This document shows positions 15,101-24,664 of a stretch of 64,000 bases of DNA, piece by piece (the first letter of the stretch is position 1; each line of letters begins with the position of its first letter). The stretch comes from Raja brachyura (lineage: Eukaryota). The notes under the pieces are model-generated. The model was given only the letters and a program-made list of their open reading frames with translations. It ran no database searches and was not told where the DNA came from. The position numbers and the translations under genes are program-made. The stretch spans positions 9,672,001 through 9,736,000 of the forward strand of contig OY740813.1 in NCBI GenBank assembly GCA_963514005.1. Direction: 5' to 3'.

Positions 15101-18100
15101 AATCTTTCCAGTATTTCCGTTTCAGCAGTTCTCCATTAGTAAAATGGCCAAATTACAAGGCAAAGAGAAAAATCTCCTCATAGAAAAGAAACGACATGGT
15201 CCAAGATAAAAAAAAGTTATACTTACGCTGCCCAGCTTACTGATAGTGCTGTGTAGAGCTGCAACCTGTTTTGCTGCAGCAGCTGCATCCATTTCAGCCT
15301 CGACCAGCTTTTTCAACACTGTGTCACTTTTTCGCGAATGCTTTTTTTCTGAGCTTTGAAAAACAACATGCACTTCAGTAATTCTCATTATGTGCAAGAA
15401 GATGTCTTGAAGCAAAGAGAACAAAGTAATAATTACTCAGCGGGAGGGGAAGGATATTTAATTCGTTCATCAGATTGGGCATCAATAGCATGGTTGGCAA
15501 ATTATTGCCCATTCGCAGTCACCTCTGAAAAAAGAAGAGAATTAACACTTGTGGATTTGGAGACACGTATTGGCCAGACCCAGTAAGAAAAAGTCAAATG
15601 TGGCTCATTTAACTAGCTCTAGTATCTAGGAGATATAGTTTCACTAAATCTCAGTCAGTCTCCTTTATAGAATTTTTTTAATAGAGGCTATTCAGATTTT
15701 TCGTTAAAAGTGATTAAAAATGAATCCAGAACTCCAATTCATTTGGTTTTATCAACACTCTCAATAGACTCAATTTAATGCCATTCTTTGCTAATATTAT
15801 TTACTAGGTTAAATGATGTTTATTTTGCATCAGCCAATCCATACTGGTCCTTCTATGGTAATTGCTAGATTGACTGTTCTCTCAATTGCAGTAATTTGAA
15901 TGGAGGAGAAATTGTTGGTCGAAATCATACAGAAGAAAGGAAGCACTTTGTACCGGGAATTTTCTTGGTCCTCTTTCATCATTTCAATGCTCCTTTGTAG
16001 TATTTCATTCTTATGCTCAGTAAGAACAAGCTCCTTGGTGACTTCAGCTAATTCCTCCTCCTTTTCTTCAATCAACCGCTTGGATAGGTTTAGCTCCTCC
16101 TCTTGCTGTTCCAACAAATGATTTTTCTTTCTCAATTCAACCTATAATTTACACATAAATCACCATTAGGATTCGTCTGCTTCAGAGCTCAGCAATTGTA
16201 TGTATTCAAGGCCAAGATAAATTCCTGAATGCCAATAGATTTGATGGAATTGTACAGAATAAGAGACTTGCCATAATCATAATGTATAGACAGGCACCAA
16301 GTCTGTTGATATGTAGCCTGCATTCTTCCCTCAAGCAATGCAATTCAAGACACCAGACTTACCAGTCTTGAACGTAGCCAACAGTTCATGTTTTAAGTGA
16401 AGTGTTTGATTATACAAAACTTACTGCACTTTATTTTGTGAAACCCATTGAAATTCCAAGAGGTGTGACAGTACAAGGATGCCATTAACAGCCTGTAAAA
16501 TAACATCTTCCTTCGTGCTGCACTAGAATATTACCTCGCTCTTTAATGATCCCACATGCTTCATAAGACAGTTGATTTTTTTCTCATATTGATTCATCTT
16601 CCCATGTATAACTTCCTCATCATCAGTGGAGAGGTCACTCAGGTGAAGTGTTGAGTGGAATTTCTCAGTGTCAATAGGTGTTATATCCAGTCGGTGTGTT
16701 GGACCCTGCAATAAAAATAGTATGACAGCAATTGTTACTAATAATTAACACCTTATCCAAACAAAATGTAGATTTGAAGTTATTACCATCTTGAGACAAA
16801 TATTAAAAGCTGAAACACCCAGAAAAATAGAGTAGTCCTGATCAAGCATAATAGGCCCAACCTAAAGATCTTAAAAGGTTTATCTGTTCTCTCGCAGATA
16901 TTCATAAACCTTGTTGAATGTAAATCTACAGGTTGTCCATTTTGCCCAACACTTTAATCCTCCGATATTTGATTGTATTATTATATATTTTTTACAAAAG
17001 CACTATTTTCTGTGTCCTCTTTCATCATTTCAATGTTCCTTTGTAGCAGCTCATTCTTATGCTCAGTAAGAACAAGTTCCTTAGTGACTTCAGCTAATTC
17101 CTCCTCCTTCTCTTCAATCATCCACTTGATTTCCATATGATCAGGGGCAGCATGGTGGTGTAGCAGTAGAGCTACTGCCTTACAGCGCCAGAGACAGGAC
17201 ACCAGAGGGTTTGATACTGACTATGGGTGCTTGTCTGTACGGAGTTTGTATGTTCTCCACGTGACCTGCATGGGTTTTCTCTGAGATCTTCGATTTCCTC
17301 CCACACTCCAGATGTACAGGTTAGTAAGTTAATTGGCTTGGTACAAATGTAAAATTGTCCCTAGTATAGTGTTTATGTGCGGGTATCACTGGCTGGTGTA
17401 TCTCCAAACTAAACTAAATACTAAACACTACAGCTAAATATCATCCCATCTTCATCAAAATTCGTTGATGTGCACTTGCGACTCACAGTTGCTAATCCAA
17501 TTATGGAATTATGATCAGATTTTCCATCACATTTGGAATATGGAAGTTAATTCTTGTTACCTCAGCCTAGACCAGAGAATTAAGATGATCATCCCAGTCT
17601 TTATCTTTCAGCTACTTACCAGCCAAAATGACTAGGTGTGTTGTATTAAAATTATCTATGGAATCAGTAATAAACTTCTTTTAATAATGCTATGTAAACC
17701 ATTAAATTAATTCAACTTTCTGAAGAAAGCAACATCTCTATTGAGTGTTCCATTTGCACATTTACACCATCTAGTGGTATAAAAAAAACTAGTCAGACTT
17801 TCTCTGTATTCTCAAGAAATACAGTTCTGTTCGCCATCATGTAAAATTAAGCATCCACTTTCAAAGCCACTGACAGCACAAGCTCACTGCTCAGTAAAAG
17901 GCAGAAAAGTACAGACGTACCATCACCCTGCTCCAGCCAGGTTTTTGGACTTACTGGAAAAAGTGGCTTTGTTTTGAGAATTCTGAGAAACTGTGAGACA
18001 ATGAGAGCAGCAGAAAAACCTGTATAAATAGCAGAGAAACACACTATTGTTCACCCTCAAATCTCCCTAATCTCTCTCCGAAATCATTATGACAACAGAA

Positions 18101-19468
18101 CTTAAATAAAAACTTTAACATTAATATAAACTAGGAACCCCACTTTCACTATATTCTTAAATCAAAACCACAGGCATATCCAAGGAATTATTATACAAAC
18201 CTCCCATTTGTAGCCAAGTTCTCTTACTGATGTTTTGCCTGGTGGAATCCATGGTACTTTGGTCTTTACCTTGCTGGTTGGTCGCAGATTGCCACATTCC
18301 AATGCTCCTTTCAGCTTCTGCTGTATATTGAAAGTAAAAAGGCTGTAATGCCATCAGGCGCAATGTATGTCAATGTTGTGAGAATTTCATGAAAGACCAT
18401 AAACGGTGCAGGGTTCACTTGAAACAGGCTAAGCAGCATGCTGGCAAAACAACCATGGTAGCATGTTATGTTCTAACCTAAATAATATTTTGATGTGGAG
18501 ACAATAAGTTAGAGAGAAAGGATTATATCTCCACCATGATCTTTTACTTCTGATTTCCTACAAAGGAAATCTTCTACTTGGTCAGGAGGGAGGGGCAAGA
18601 AAACAGCAAAAGGGAGGGGAAAAGTGGATGGAGCAGGTGGGAAAATGCTTTCATCGAGAAGAGTGTGCAATAGAGGATGGAGCAAAAACAGATGAGAGGC
18701 AAATTTTCTTGTAACAAAAATTTCATAGCTGCATATGCAGCTACTGCCACAATGGTGAAAGCCAGCAGAATATATCTCCACCACTGTCATCTGAGGACAA
18801 CAGGTAAGCGTGCAAGTTAAGCTTTGCTCACCATAATTTTCAAACTGTGATATTTGGGTGTCATTCTTACAAACTCTGCAATCTGTAAATTACAAACTCT
18901 GTAATCTCTCAAGCATATGGGCCAGGAGAATTTGTGGAGAACATATGCGTTCTCAAACTGAAGTTCCCAAAAGATGTCACATGATGGGATGTGGGAAGAA
19001 ATAACATACATCAGTGCAACTTGTGTCCTGATTTTACTGTAAATATCCCAGTTTAAAAGGACAATTGATGAAGGTACAAATATTGTTAGCGCAGTTATTG
19101 GTGTGAATAAATTGCATCTTGGTGCTGACTTTAAAGAGCAATTTCCACTCAAAATAAGAGTATGAATATGCAAGATGCAAAAGAATTGCAAAGTGTTTTT
19201 TTAAGAGCAAATCAAATGTATTCCAATTTAAAAGGTAATAAACATGGAAGATGAAAATATTTTAATAGTTGTAGAAAACATGCACAAATCAAGAAGAGGT
19301 GTGCGAGGTGGAAAGCGTGCAAGATTGACATAGAGTATTGTTATATTGCTAGAACTATGTAATTACCTGGACCCTCTTTCCTTGCTTCGGACTCTTCTTG
19401 ACATGAACGTGAACAGGAGTAGTTTCATCAACATGAACATGAAGTAGAGGAGAGGTTCTTGTTTTCAT
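54..19468 (-). CDS. ODF2: Outer dense fiber protein 2 / cenexin; 18 coding exons in window, 3' end outside window
   Basis: Exons 19367-19468, 18201-18320, 16535-16705, 15954-16141, 15227-15353, 13662-13793, 13379-13453, 11934-12005, 10335-10451, 7902-8087, 7450-7559, 6543-6678, 5050-5160, 4527-4631, 3742-3900, 2520-2611, 1006-1168, 54-179. All introns GT-AG with concordant phases (2292 nt = 764 codons, open). Peptides LHVHVDETTPVHVHVKK, KTKVPWIPPGK, LSDLSTDD, KLVEAEMDAAAAAKQV and AQNKILDLEAQLSRTKTEL match ODF2 as I recall it. Confidence 0.95.
1006..1168 (-). CDS. ODF2: ODF2 (cenexin extension) exon (KLEDVSTHNREL...RLEEKSRECSSLARQLETSIDDARRQ)
   Basis: ttgtag acceptor, gttagt donor. Confidence 0.92.
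2520..2611 (-). CDS. ODF2: ODF2 (cenexin extension) exon (IEELGGRSREKYHGVQEENHNLKLKFETLE)
   Basis: tcacag acceptor, gttagt donor; phase 0/2. Confidence 0.85.
3742..3900 (-). CDS. ODF2: ODF2 exon (VRRQMQKKLSDLESVPELLKLTEHKLQDCQQQL...DLRME)
   Basis: ctgcag acceptor, gtttgg donor. Confidence 0.92.
4527..4631 (-). CDS. ODF2: ODF2 exon (VIKTRLEADDYNIKLEKAERENKLLKDEVNIEIDQ)
   Basis: tctag acceptor, gtgac donor; conserved KTRLEAD. Confidence 0.92.
5050..5160 (-). CDS. ODF2: ODF2 exon (ANMNALEEKFMFAQTEMQQLKVSIKHYEGLVDSYKSQ)
   Basis: tttag acceptor, gtaaat donor; conserved YEGxxDxYKSQ. Confidence 0.92.
5520..5920 (+). mobile_element. CR1 ORF2 fragment (degenerate)
   Basis: KTPGHDWIY and WRAASIVPSFKKGSRENPGN motifs. 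Confidence 0.75.
6543..6678 (-). CDS. ODF2: ODF2 exon (RVTDLLDQSHNVEDKARGDLDSLVDRLHKMSSESTTIKIENETMK)
   Basis: ggcag acceptor, gtaat donor; phase 2/0. Confidence 0.9.
7450..7559 (-). CDS. ODF2: ODF2 exon (ETQLADALSSAETWRSRYNKVMKEKSQLEIEISILN)
   Basis: Conserved WRSRYN; tatag acceptor, gtaaga donor. Confidence 0.92.
7902..8087 (-). CDS. ODF2: ODF2 exon (NFERTIAQQK...KGDRDKEALKKA...LVGK)
   Basis: Conserved KGDRDKExLKKA; ttcag acceptor, gtatt donor. Confidence 0.92.
8530..10227 (+). mobile_element. CR1-clade LINE, internally deleted (ORF1 esterase, start of endonuclease, RT C-terminal part)
   Basis: ORF1 CxxC/zipper (HICARCVE..LEQQL); SGNH esterase motifs IGTNDIG, ISGLLP, DGLHLN; LKALCLNARSIR joined at ~9600 to SGVPQGSVLGP...KFADDTKL...KANGMLAFI. 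Confidence 0.9.
10335..10451 (-). CDS. ODF2: ODF2 exon (DNAHAAAELSKSLESTRAHLQGQLRSKEAENNRMAVQIR)
   Basis: Conserved HLQxQLRSKEAEN; tttag acceptor, gtatt donor. Confidence 0.92.
11934..12005 (-). CDS. ODF2: ODF2 exon (HLSVKLQEIERRTDQLLTQYQAEK)
   Basis: tttcag acceptor, gtaagc donor, 72 nt. Confidence 0.85.
12488..12697. mobile_element. Tc1-family deletion derivative
   Basis: TA|cagtggcttg ... caagccactg|TA; internal inverted tagaccaacacaaa. Confidence 0.82.
13379..13453 (-). CDS. ODF2: ODF2 exon (ADALRLFELKEALLEKLAQSEAENA)
   Basis: cccag acceptor, gtgag donor, 75 nt. Confidence 0.85.
13662..13793 (-). CDS. ODF2: ODF2 exon (EKQMSTSECNFLIRQKELLLQKLETFDATNRAVRELLREQHAQE)
   Basis: Conserved RQKELLLQKL; gtaaga donor. 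Confidence 0.92.
13900..15000 (-). mobile_element. Possible degenerate L1/Tx1 ORF2 C-terminal fragment
   Basis: CWRG....G..HI zinc-knuckle-like peptide in ORF 14057-14245; heavily decayed. Confidence 0.4.
15227..15353 (-). CDS. ODF2: ODF2 exon (SEKKHSRKSDTVLKKLVEAEMDAAAAAKQVAALHSTISKLGS)
   Basis: Phase-compatible aag acceptor, gtaagt donor. Confidence 0.88.
15954..16141 (-). CDS. ODF2: ODF2 exon (VELRKKNHLLEQQEEEL...MMKEDQENSR)
   Basis: Coiled-coil; tatag acceptor, CG|gtac donor (phase 0/2). Confidence 0.9.
16535..16705 (-). CDS. ODF2: ODF2 exon (GPTHRLDITP...HLSDLSTDDEE...VGSLKSE)
   Basis: Within ORF 16523-16711; ttgcag acceptor, gtaat donor. Confidence 0.92.
17004..17128 (-). other. Intronic duplicate of the 3' two-thirds of ODF2 exon 15954-16141
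   Basis: IEEKEEELAEVTKELVLTEHKNELLQRNIEMMKED versus IEEKEEELAEVTKELVLTEHKNEILQRSIEMMKED; no indels. Confidence 0.9.
17143..17426 (+). mobile_element. tRNA-derived V-SINE (HE1-like)
   Basis: tRNA-like head, V-domain ggagtttgtatgttctcc, (TAAAC)n tail. Confidence 0.8.
18201..18320 (-). CDS. ODF2: ODF2 exon (QKLKGALECGNLRPTSKVKTKVPWIPPGKTSVRELGYKWE)
   Basis: tatacag|CAGAAG acceptor (tandem NAG), GAG|gtttgt donor, phase 0/0. Confidence 0.88.
19367..19468 (-). CDS. ODF2: ODF2 exon with conserved start (MKTRTSPLLHVHVDETTPVHVHVKKSPKQGKRVQ)
   Basis: ATG at 19468-19466; acceptor after 19480; donor CAG|gtaat. Confidence 0.88.
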
Positions 19469-19791
19469 TTCTCTTCTCAGCTGAGCAAAGTAATGCAAAG
19501 AATCAAATTGGTTCTGCTTATCTTCAAAAGATTCTGGTCACAGAATCATACAATGCAGAAGCAGGTTCTTCAGTTCATTCCAACAGTCAAATGCTAATTT
19601 ACACAAAGTCCTAGATCTTGGTCCTTAATCATCTACACCGTGGCAATTCAAGTGCTCGTCCAGAAATTTACTTCAGGGAGTGCATTTGATATTTCAAATA
19701 CGTTCTCCATGAAAAAATTTACTATTTTGGTTGGCAAGGATTTGGTGGGCCAAAACACTTGTTTCATGTTGTATCTCTAAATCTATGTTAT

Positions 19792-20090
19792 GGGTGGCAC
19801 AGCAGTAGACTTGCTGCCTCACATTGCAGACCCGAGTTTGACCCTGATTATGGACGCTGTCTGTATGGAGTTTGTACGTTCTCCCTGTGACCACGTGGGT
19901 TTCCCTCGGTTGCTCCAGTTTCCTCCCACACTCCAAAGATGTGCAGATTTGTAATTTAATTGGCTTTGGCAAAAATTGTAAATTATCCCTAGTGTGTAGG
20001 ATAGTGCTAACATACGGGGATCGCGGGTCAGCGAAGACTCAGTGGGTCGAAAGGCCTGCTTCTGCACTGTCTCTCTAAACTAAACTAAAC
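19792..20090 (+). mobile_element. V-SINE (HE1-like)
   Basis: ggagtttgtacgttctccctgtgacc; (TAAAC)n tail. Confidence 0.82.
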
Positions 20091-20247
20091 CCAAGGATGC
20101 TCAAGAAGATGAATAGTCTACTGCCATAGTAGTAGCAATGCAACTATTTTTGAGAACCCAGACTATTTGCAAACTAAACTACTGGGAATCAGTTAGTAAT
20201 CAAAATCAAAAGACTCAACTTATTTAAAATATTGGGTAACAATTCTT

Positions 20248-20334
20248 TTTTTGTTAAAGTTAAATTTTTATTAGAGGCATGTACATATCATAGTCCAAAC
20301 CACTACAAACTTTGTTAAACGGTTACATATTAAA
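20248..20334 (-). mobile_element. Short poly(A)-tailed retroposed insertion
   Basis: Perfect 15-bp TSD tgggtaacaattctt (20233 and 20335); AATAAA plus A-tract on the minus strand. Confidence 0.75.
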
Positions 20335-21218
20335 TGGGTAACAATTCTTCATCGGCATGAAAGAAAAAAGCAAAGAGTTTCAACTGAGAATACTTCATTC
20401 CCTTCCAAAATTTATCGTGATTTAAGTCAATTATCTGTGGAATTGAATTCTATTTCCAGCACTGCTGTTTGCAAGTGGCATTCATTATAATATATATCTG
20501 AACTGAATTAAAATGAAACAACACAATGCAGATGCAATTGAATTTCCTTATGCAATAAGATTAATAATGCAACCACTCGTGATTATCACATCACAAAAAA
20601 ACCCATAAAGATTGATTTGTGTTGAAACATCATCTTGAAGCTCAAATATTGCAAACACCATGATTTATGTTGAAATTCTAAATGCTCTATCAAGGCAGCT
20701 GCTTTCAAACAAGCAAGTAACCTTAAGTAGAGCATTCAGTTAATTGGCTTCTCATGTATCTAATAGCAACATATTGCAGATGGTAGAAATCCAAGAATAA
20801 AAAGAAAATTATGGATATTCTCAGCACATCAGATAGTACTTTTTGAGAGAGAATCAGTATGTATTTCAGGTTGATGAAATGTCAGTGAGCTGAAATATTA
20901 ACTTTATTTCTCCCCTCATCAATGCCACATGGCCAGCAAAGTATTGTATGCAATTTCTTCTCTTGCAGATTCAATATCTGCAGTTTACACAGACACAGAT
21001 GTTGGAATCTTGAGCAAAAGCCAAACTGCTGGTGAACTCAGTGGGCCGGGCAACGTCTGTGGAGGAAATGGACAGACGATGTTTGAGGTCGGGAACCTTC
21101 TTCGGATTGGAGCAGATCCCGGTCTGAAAAGTCACCTGTCTATTCCCTCCACGTATACTGCCCGATTCTGAGTTTCCTCCAGCACTTAGCTTTTAGTCTG
21201 CAGTTTTTATTTTCAATT

Positions 21219-21575
21219 AGAAACATAGAAAATAGGTGCCAGGAGTAGGACATTCGGCCCTTCGAGCCAGTACAGCCATTGAATATGATCATGGCTGATC
21301 ATCCAAAATCAGTACCCTGTTCCTGCTTTCCCCCCCATATCCCTTGATTCTGTTAGCCCGAAGAGTTAAACCAACTATCTCTTGAAAACACCCAGTGAAT
21401 TGGTCTCCACTGCCTTCTGTGCCATGGAATTCCACAGATTCACAACTCTCTGGGTGAAAAGTTTTTTCCTCATCTCAGTCCTAATTATTCCTCATCTCTA
21501 CCCCTTATTCTTAAACTGTGACCCCTGGTTCTAGACTCCCCCAACATCAGGAACATAGTTCCTGCATCTAGCCTG
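21219..21575 (-). mobile_element. CR1 3' end
   Basis: (TTCTATGT)-type tail read on plus as tagaaacatagaaaatagg; body resembles the 33130 copy. Confidence 0.8.
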
Positions 21576-21892
21576 TTTTGAATTACTGTTTAATTCACAG
21601 CTAGGAATGTGCTCTCACCATCACATCCATGACATCTGCCAGTTTGACATTTTCCCTGGTCCCCATTGGCTCACCAAGGATATCAAACCCATTTAGATGC
21701 CCAGAACGCCCAACCAGTTCCCTGTCCACCACTACTCTCATTCACCTTCAGAAGAAATGCATAGGTTGGTGAACTTAAATGGCAAGTTTCTCTCTCCACA
21801 TGTATTGCCTAATCTGTTGAGTGTTTCCTCTATTTTCTGTTGTCGATAAAGAAAGTAATGCTGATAATGAAAGTGATACTTTCACAGCGGTT

Positions 21893-22127
21893 AAGAAAGA
21901 ACTGTAGATGCTGGAAAAAGCGAAGGTAGACAAAAGTGCTGGAGAAGCACAGCGGGTGAGGCAGCATTTATGGAGCGAAGGACTGTCGGTATCTATAGTT
22001 CGGGTTGGGTCCGACTGGGAAGTTGGGAATTGGAGCTGGAAACCGTGAGGTTACAAGATGGAGCACCTACTCCTCCGCTCCACAGATGCTGCCTCACCCT
22101 CTGAGTTTCCCCAGCATTTCTGTCTAC
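21893..22127. mobile_element. Fold-back PLE mini-element
   Basis: Inverted arms; 14-bp TSD ctttcacag(c/t)ggtt at 21879 and 22128. Confidence 0.75.
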
Positions 22128-22692
22128 CTTTCACAGTGGTTGCAGCTCAACTTAAACTATAGAGTAACAATGATGTTCCAGTGTCACAAAGCTAAACTAC
22201 CATCGTTACAATGGGTCACACTCTACGTCTGCAACACTTCCAGTATAATATGTACTTCAAATAAAGACCAACGCAAACCAGCTGTGTAGTTTGCTCCAAA
22301 TTCCGGCATCAGTGGTATCTTATGCCTGCTGCCTTAGTATCGAATTTAAGCGTTCCAAATTTCCTACGGCAGCTTGGGCACACGCCCTTAACGTCAGTGT
22401 TGTCGTTTGTTAAAAGTCAGTCTGTCTGTCTGTCTGTTTCGACGTCTAACTAGTGATTGTCGCGATCCTAGACTGAAATACTAGCAGACGAATGGGTCGA
22501 AAACGTGTAAACCTGGTCGCCGATGAGTTAAGGAAGTGTTTGTGGCATTCGTCCCATCCAAGGAAGCGAAGGTAAACGTGGGATTGACTAAAAGGGCCGG
22601 TGAGATATGAAGAGAAGAGCACCTAAATTATAGGTACACCTAACCACTGGTTAGTGTCCACCCCCACCTTCCACCACCTCTCCTCTTCAATA

Positions 22693-23235
22693 AGTGGCGC
22701 AGCTGGTGAGCCTCCTCCCTCACAGAGCCTTCTTTTCCCTTTCTTAACCCCGCCTCCCCCCGCCCCTATCAGTCTGAAGAAGGGATTCGGCCCCAAACGT
22801 TGCCCATTTCCCGCTGAGTTTCTCCAGCATTTTTGTGTACCTTCGCAGAGCCAAAGATCGGGTTCGACCCTGACCTCGGGTACGGTTGTCTGTGTGATGT
22901 TTGCACGTTCTCCCTGTGATCAAGTGGGTTTCTTATGGGTGCTCCGGTTTCCTCACACACCTTAAGGACGTGCAAGGTTTGAATGCTATTTGACCCTTGT
23001 AAATTGTCGCCATTGTGCAGGGAGTGGATGCGAATGTGGGATAACATAGAACTGGTGTGAACGGGTGACCGATGGTAGGCGTGGACTTAGTGTTAAAGAA
23101 GGAACTTCAGATGCTGGAAAATCGAGGGTACACAAAATGCTGGAGAAACTCAGCGGGTGCAGCAGCATCTATGGAGCGGCGTGGACTTGGTGGGACGAAG
23201 GGCCCGTTTCGATGCTGTATCTCTAAATTAACCTA
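22693..23235 (+). mobile_element. V-SINE hit twice by PLE terminal fragments
   Basis: V-domain at ~22900; inserts 22730-22845 and 23093-23177 with flanking duplications. Confidence 0.72.
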
Positions 23236-23409
23236 ACCATTCACCCAAAGAGTGTAGAGAAGCGGCTGCTCACCTTCCAAAGGGCACGCTGCCTTTACAC
23301 TTCACCACACCATCGACAATCCTTTTGTTTTACATCCTATCCAACATCCCCAAGTACGAATGACGTGGTACGTTCATTGATTCAGCCTTTCCCTCCGAAC
23401 AGACTAGGA

Positions 23410-23630
23410 GGTAGACACAAAAAGTTGGAGTAACAGCGGGTCAAACAGCATCTCTGGAGAAACGGAATGGGTGATGTTTCGGGTCGAGACCCAAAAGGGT
23501 CTTCTCGAGGGGTCACGACCCGAAACGTCGCCTATTCATTTTCTCCAGAGATGGTGTCTGACCTGCTGAGTTACTCCAACTTTTTGTGTCTATCTTCGGT
23601 TTAAACCAGCATCTGCAGTTCCTTCCTACA
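23410..23630. mobile_element. Fold-back PLE mini-element (inverted terminal repeats, tail on one arm)
   Basis: tagacacaaaaagttggagtaac... versus ...ttactccaactttttgtgtcta; two opposed GAAAC cores. Confidence 0.8.
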
Positions 23631-23958
23631 CAGACCAGGTACTTGGCGATTTTGCTGTGCACATAAAATGGCGATCATTTGTTGTCACCCAGCAGAAGTC
23701 ACTGCCCCGTTTTGATTGTCTTCGCGGGTTGACAACACTTCTAAAATCGGAACTGATTAAACAGAAGGGATCTATGCTTTCACTAATGAATCCACCCATG
23801 CCATTGTTTGGTTAAATGACTGAAAGCGCCTCCATTGATAACCCTTACCGTACAGTACGAATATTGATTTATCGAACTTCAAGTAACCATTGCTTTCCCT
23901 CTTTCTCAATAGTCAAGAGTGTTTTATTGTCATATGTCCCAGATAGAACAATGGAAGC

Positions 23959-23986
23959 CTGAAGAAGGGTCTCGACCCGAAACGTT
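23959..23986 (+). ncRNA. Minimal hammerhead-like motif in solo PLE terminal fragment
   Basis: CTGAAGAAGGGTCTCGACCCGAAACGTT. Confidence 0.55.
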
Positions 23987-24271
23987 GCCTATCTCCTTCG
24001 CTCCATAGATGCTGCTGCACCCGCTGAGTTTCTCCAGCATTGTGTTTAAACCCTCGATTTTCCAGCATCTGCAGTTCCTTCTTTAACACATCTGCTTAGA
24101 TCTGTCGTTTTCACACCTTACTACCCTTCCTTATCTCTAGTCTCCCTCTCCCCTGACTCTCAGTCTGAAGAAGGGTCTCGACCTGACCCCTCACGCCTTC
24201 CTTCCCTCCAGAGCAGCTGCTGTGTTTGTTCCGCTGAGTTAAAGTTACCCCAGCATTTTGCGTCTGTCGTC

Positions 24272-24515
24272 CTCACCTGGTGAAGCTCCGTCGCTAACGT
24301 CCACCTGAAGCGATTGATTGAAGCTTGCAGCCACTTCCGACAGATGTGCAGCCGAACGTCACGTCCGGATGCGCTTTCACCGCCTCTGGTTGGTCCATTC
24401 AAATCGCCTCAACGGATCCTGCCGCGCTCCGATTGGTTGCGCTCCTGACCCCACCCATTCAAAGCGAGCGTCTGGACTTCCGGGTTATGCTTGCTGTTGA
24501 TAACCATGGCAACCA
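24272..24515 (-). promoter_or_regulatory. Putative ODF2 CpG-rich promoter and non-coding first exon
   Basis: Local CpG enrichment; minus-strand donor CAG|gtgagg at 24277/24276; RFX X-box-like ATAACCATGGCAAC 24500-24513; CCAAT 24432-24436; ETS ACTTCCG at 24333 and ~24477; CHR-like TTTGAA at 24398-24403 and 24458-24463. Confidence 0.6.
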
Positions 24516-24636
24516 CTCCAAATATTAACAGCCCTTTGTTGGCCTTTGCAATCCGAGATATACAAGCAGATGGTTACACAAAAAGCTGGAGAAACTCAGC
24601 GGGTGCAGCAGCATCTAAGGAGCGAAGGAGATAGGC

Positions 24637-24664
24637 GACGTTTCGGGTCGAGACCCTTCTTCAG
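24637..24664 (-). ncRNA. Minimal hammerhead ribozyme-like motif (mirror copy)
   Basis: Exact reverse complement of 26538-26565. Confidence 0.65.

Noticed and set aside
17143-17225. tRNA gene
   Set aside because: tRNA-like A/B boxes continue into the V-SINE body and tail; no cloverleaf or anticodon arm can be supported
18509-19191. 93-aa and 124-aa intronic ORFs in ODF2
   Set aside because: No recognisable homology or convincing splice-site pair; not needed to complete the ODF2 frame
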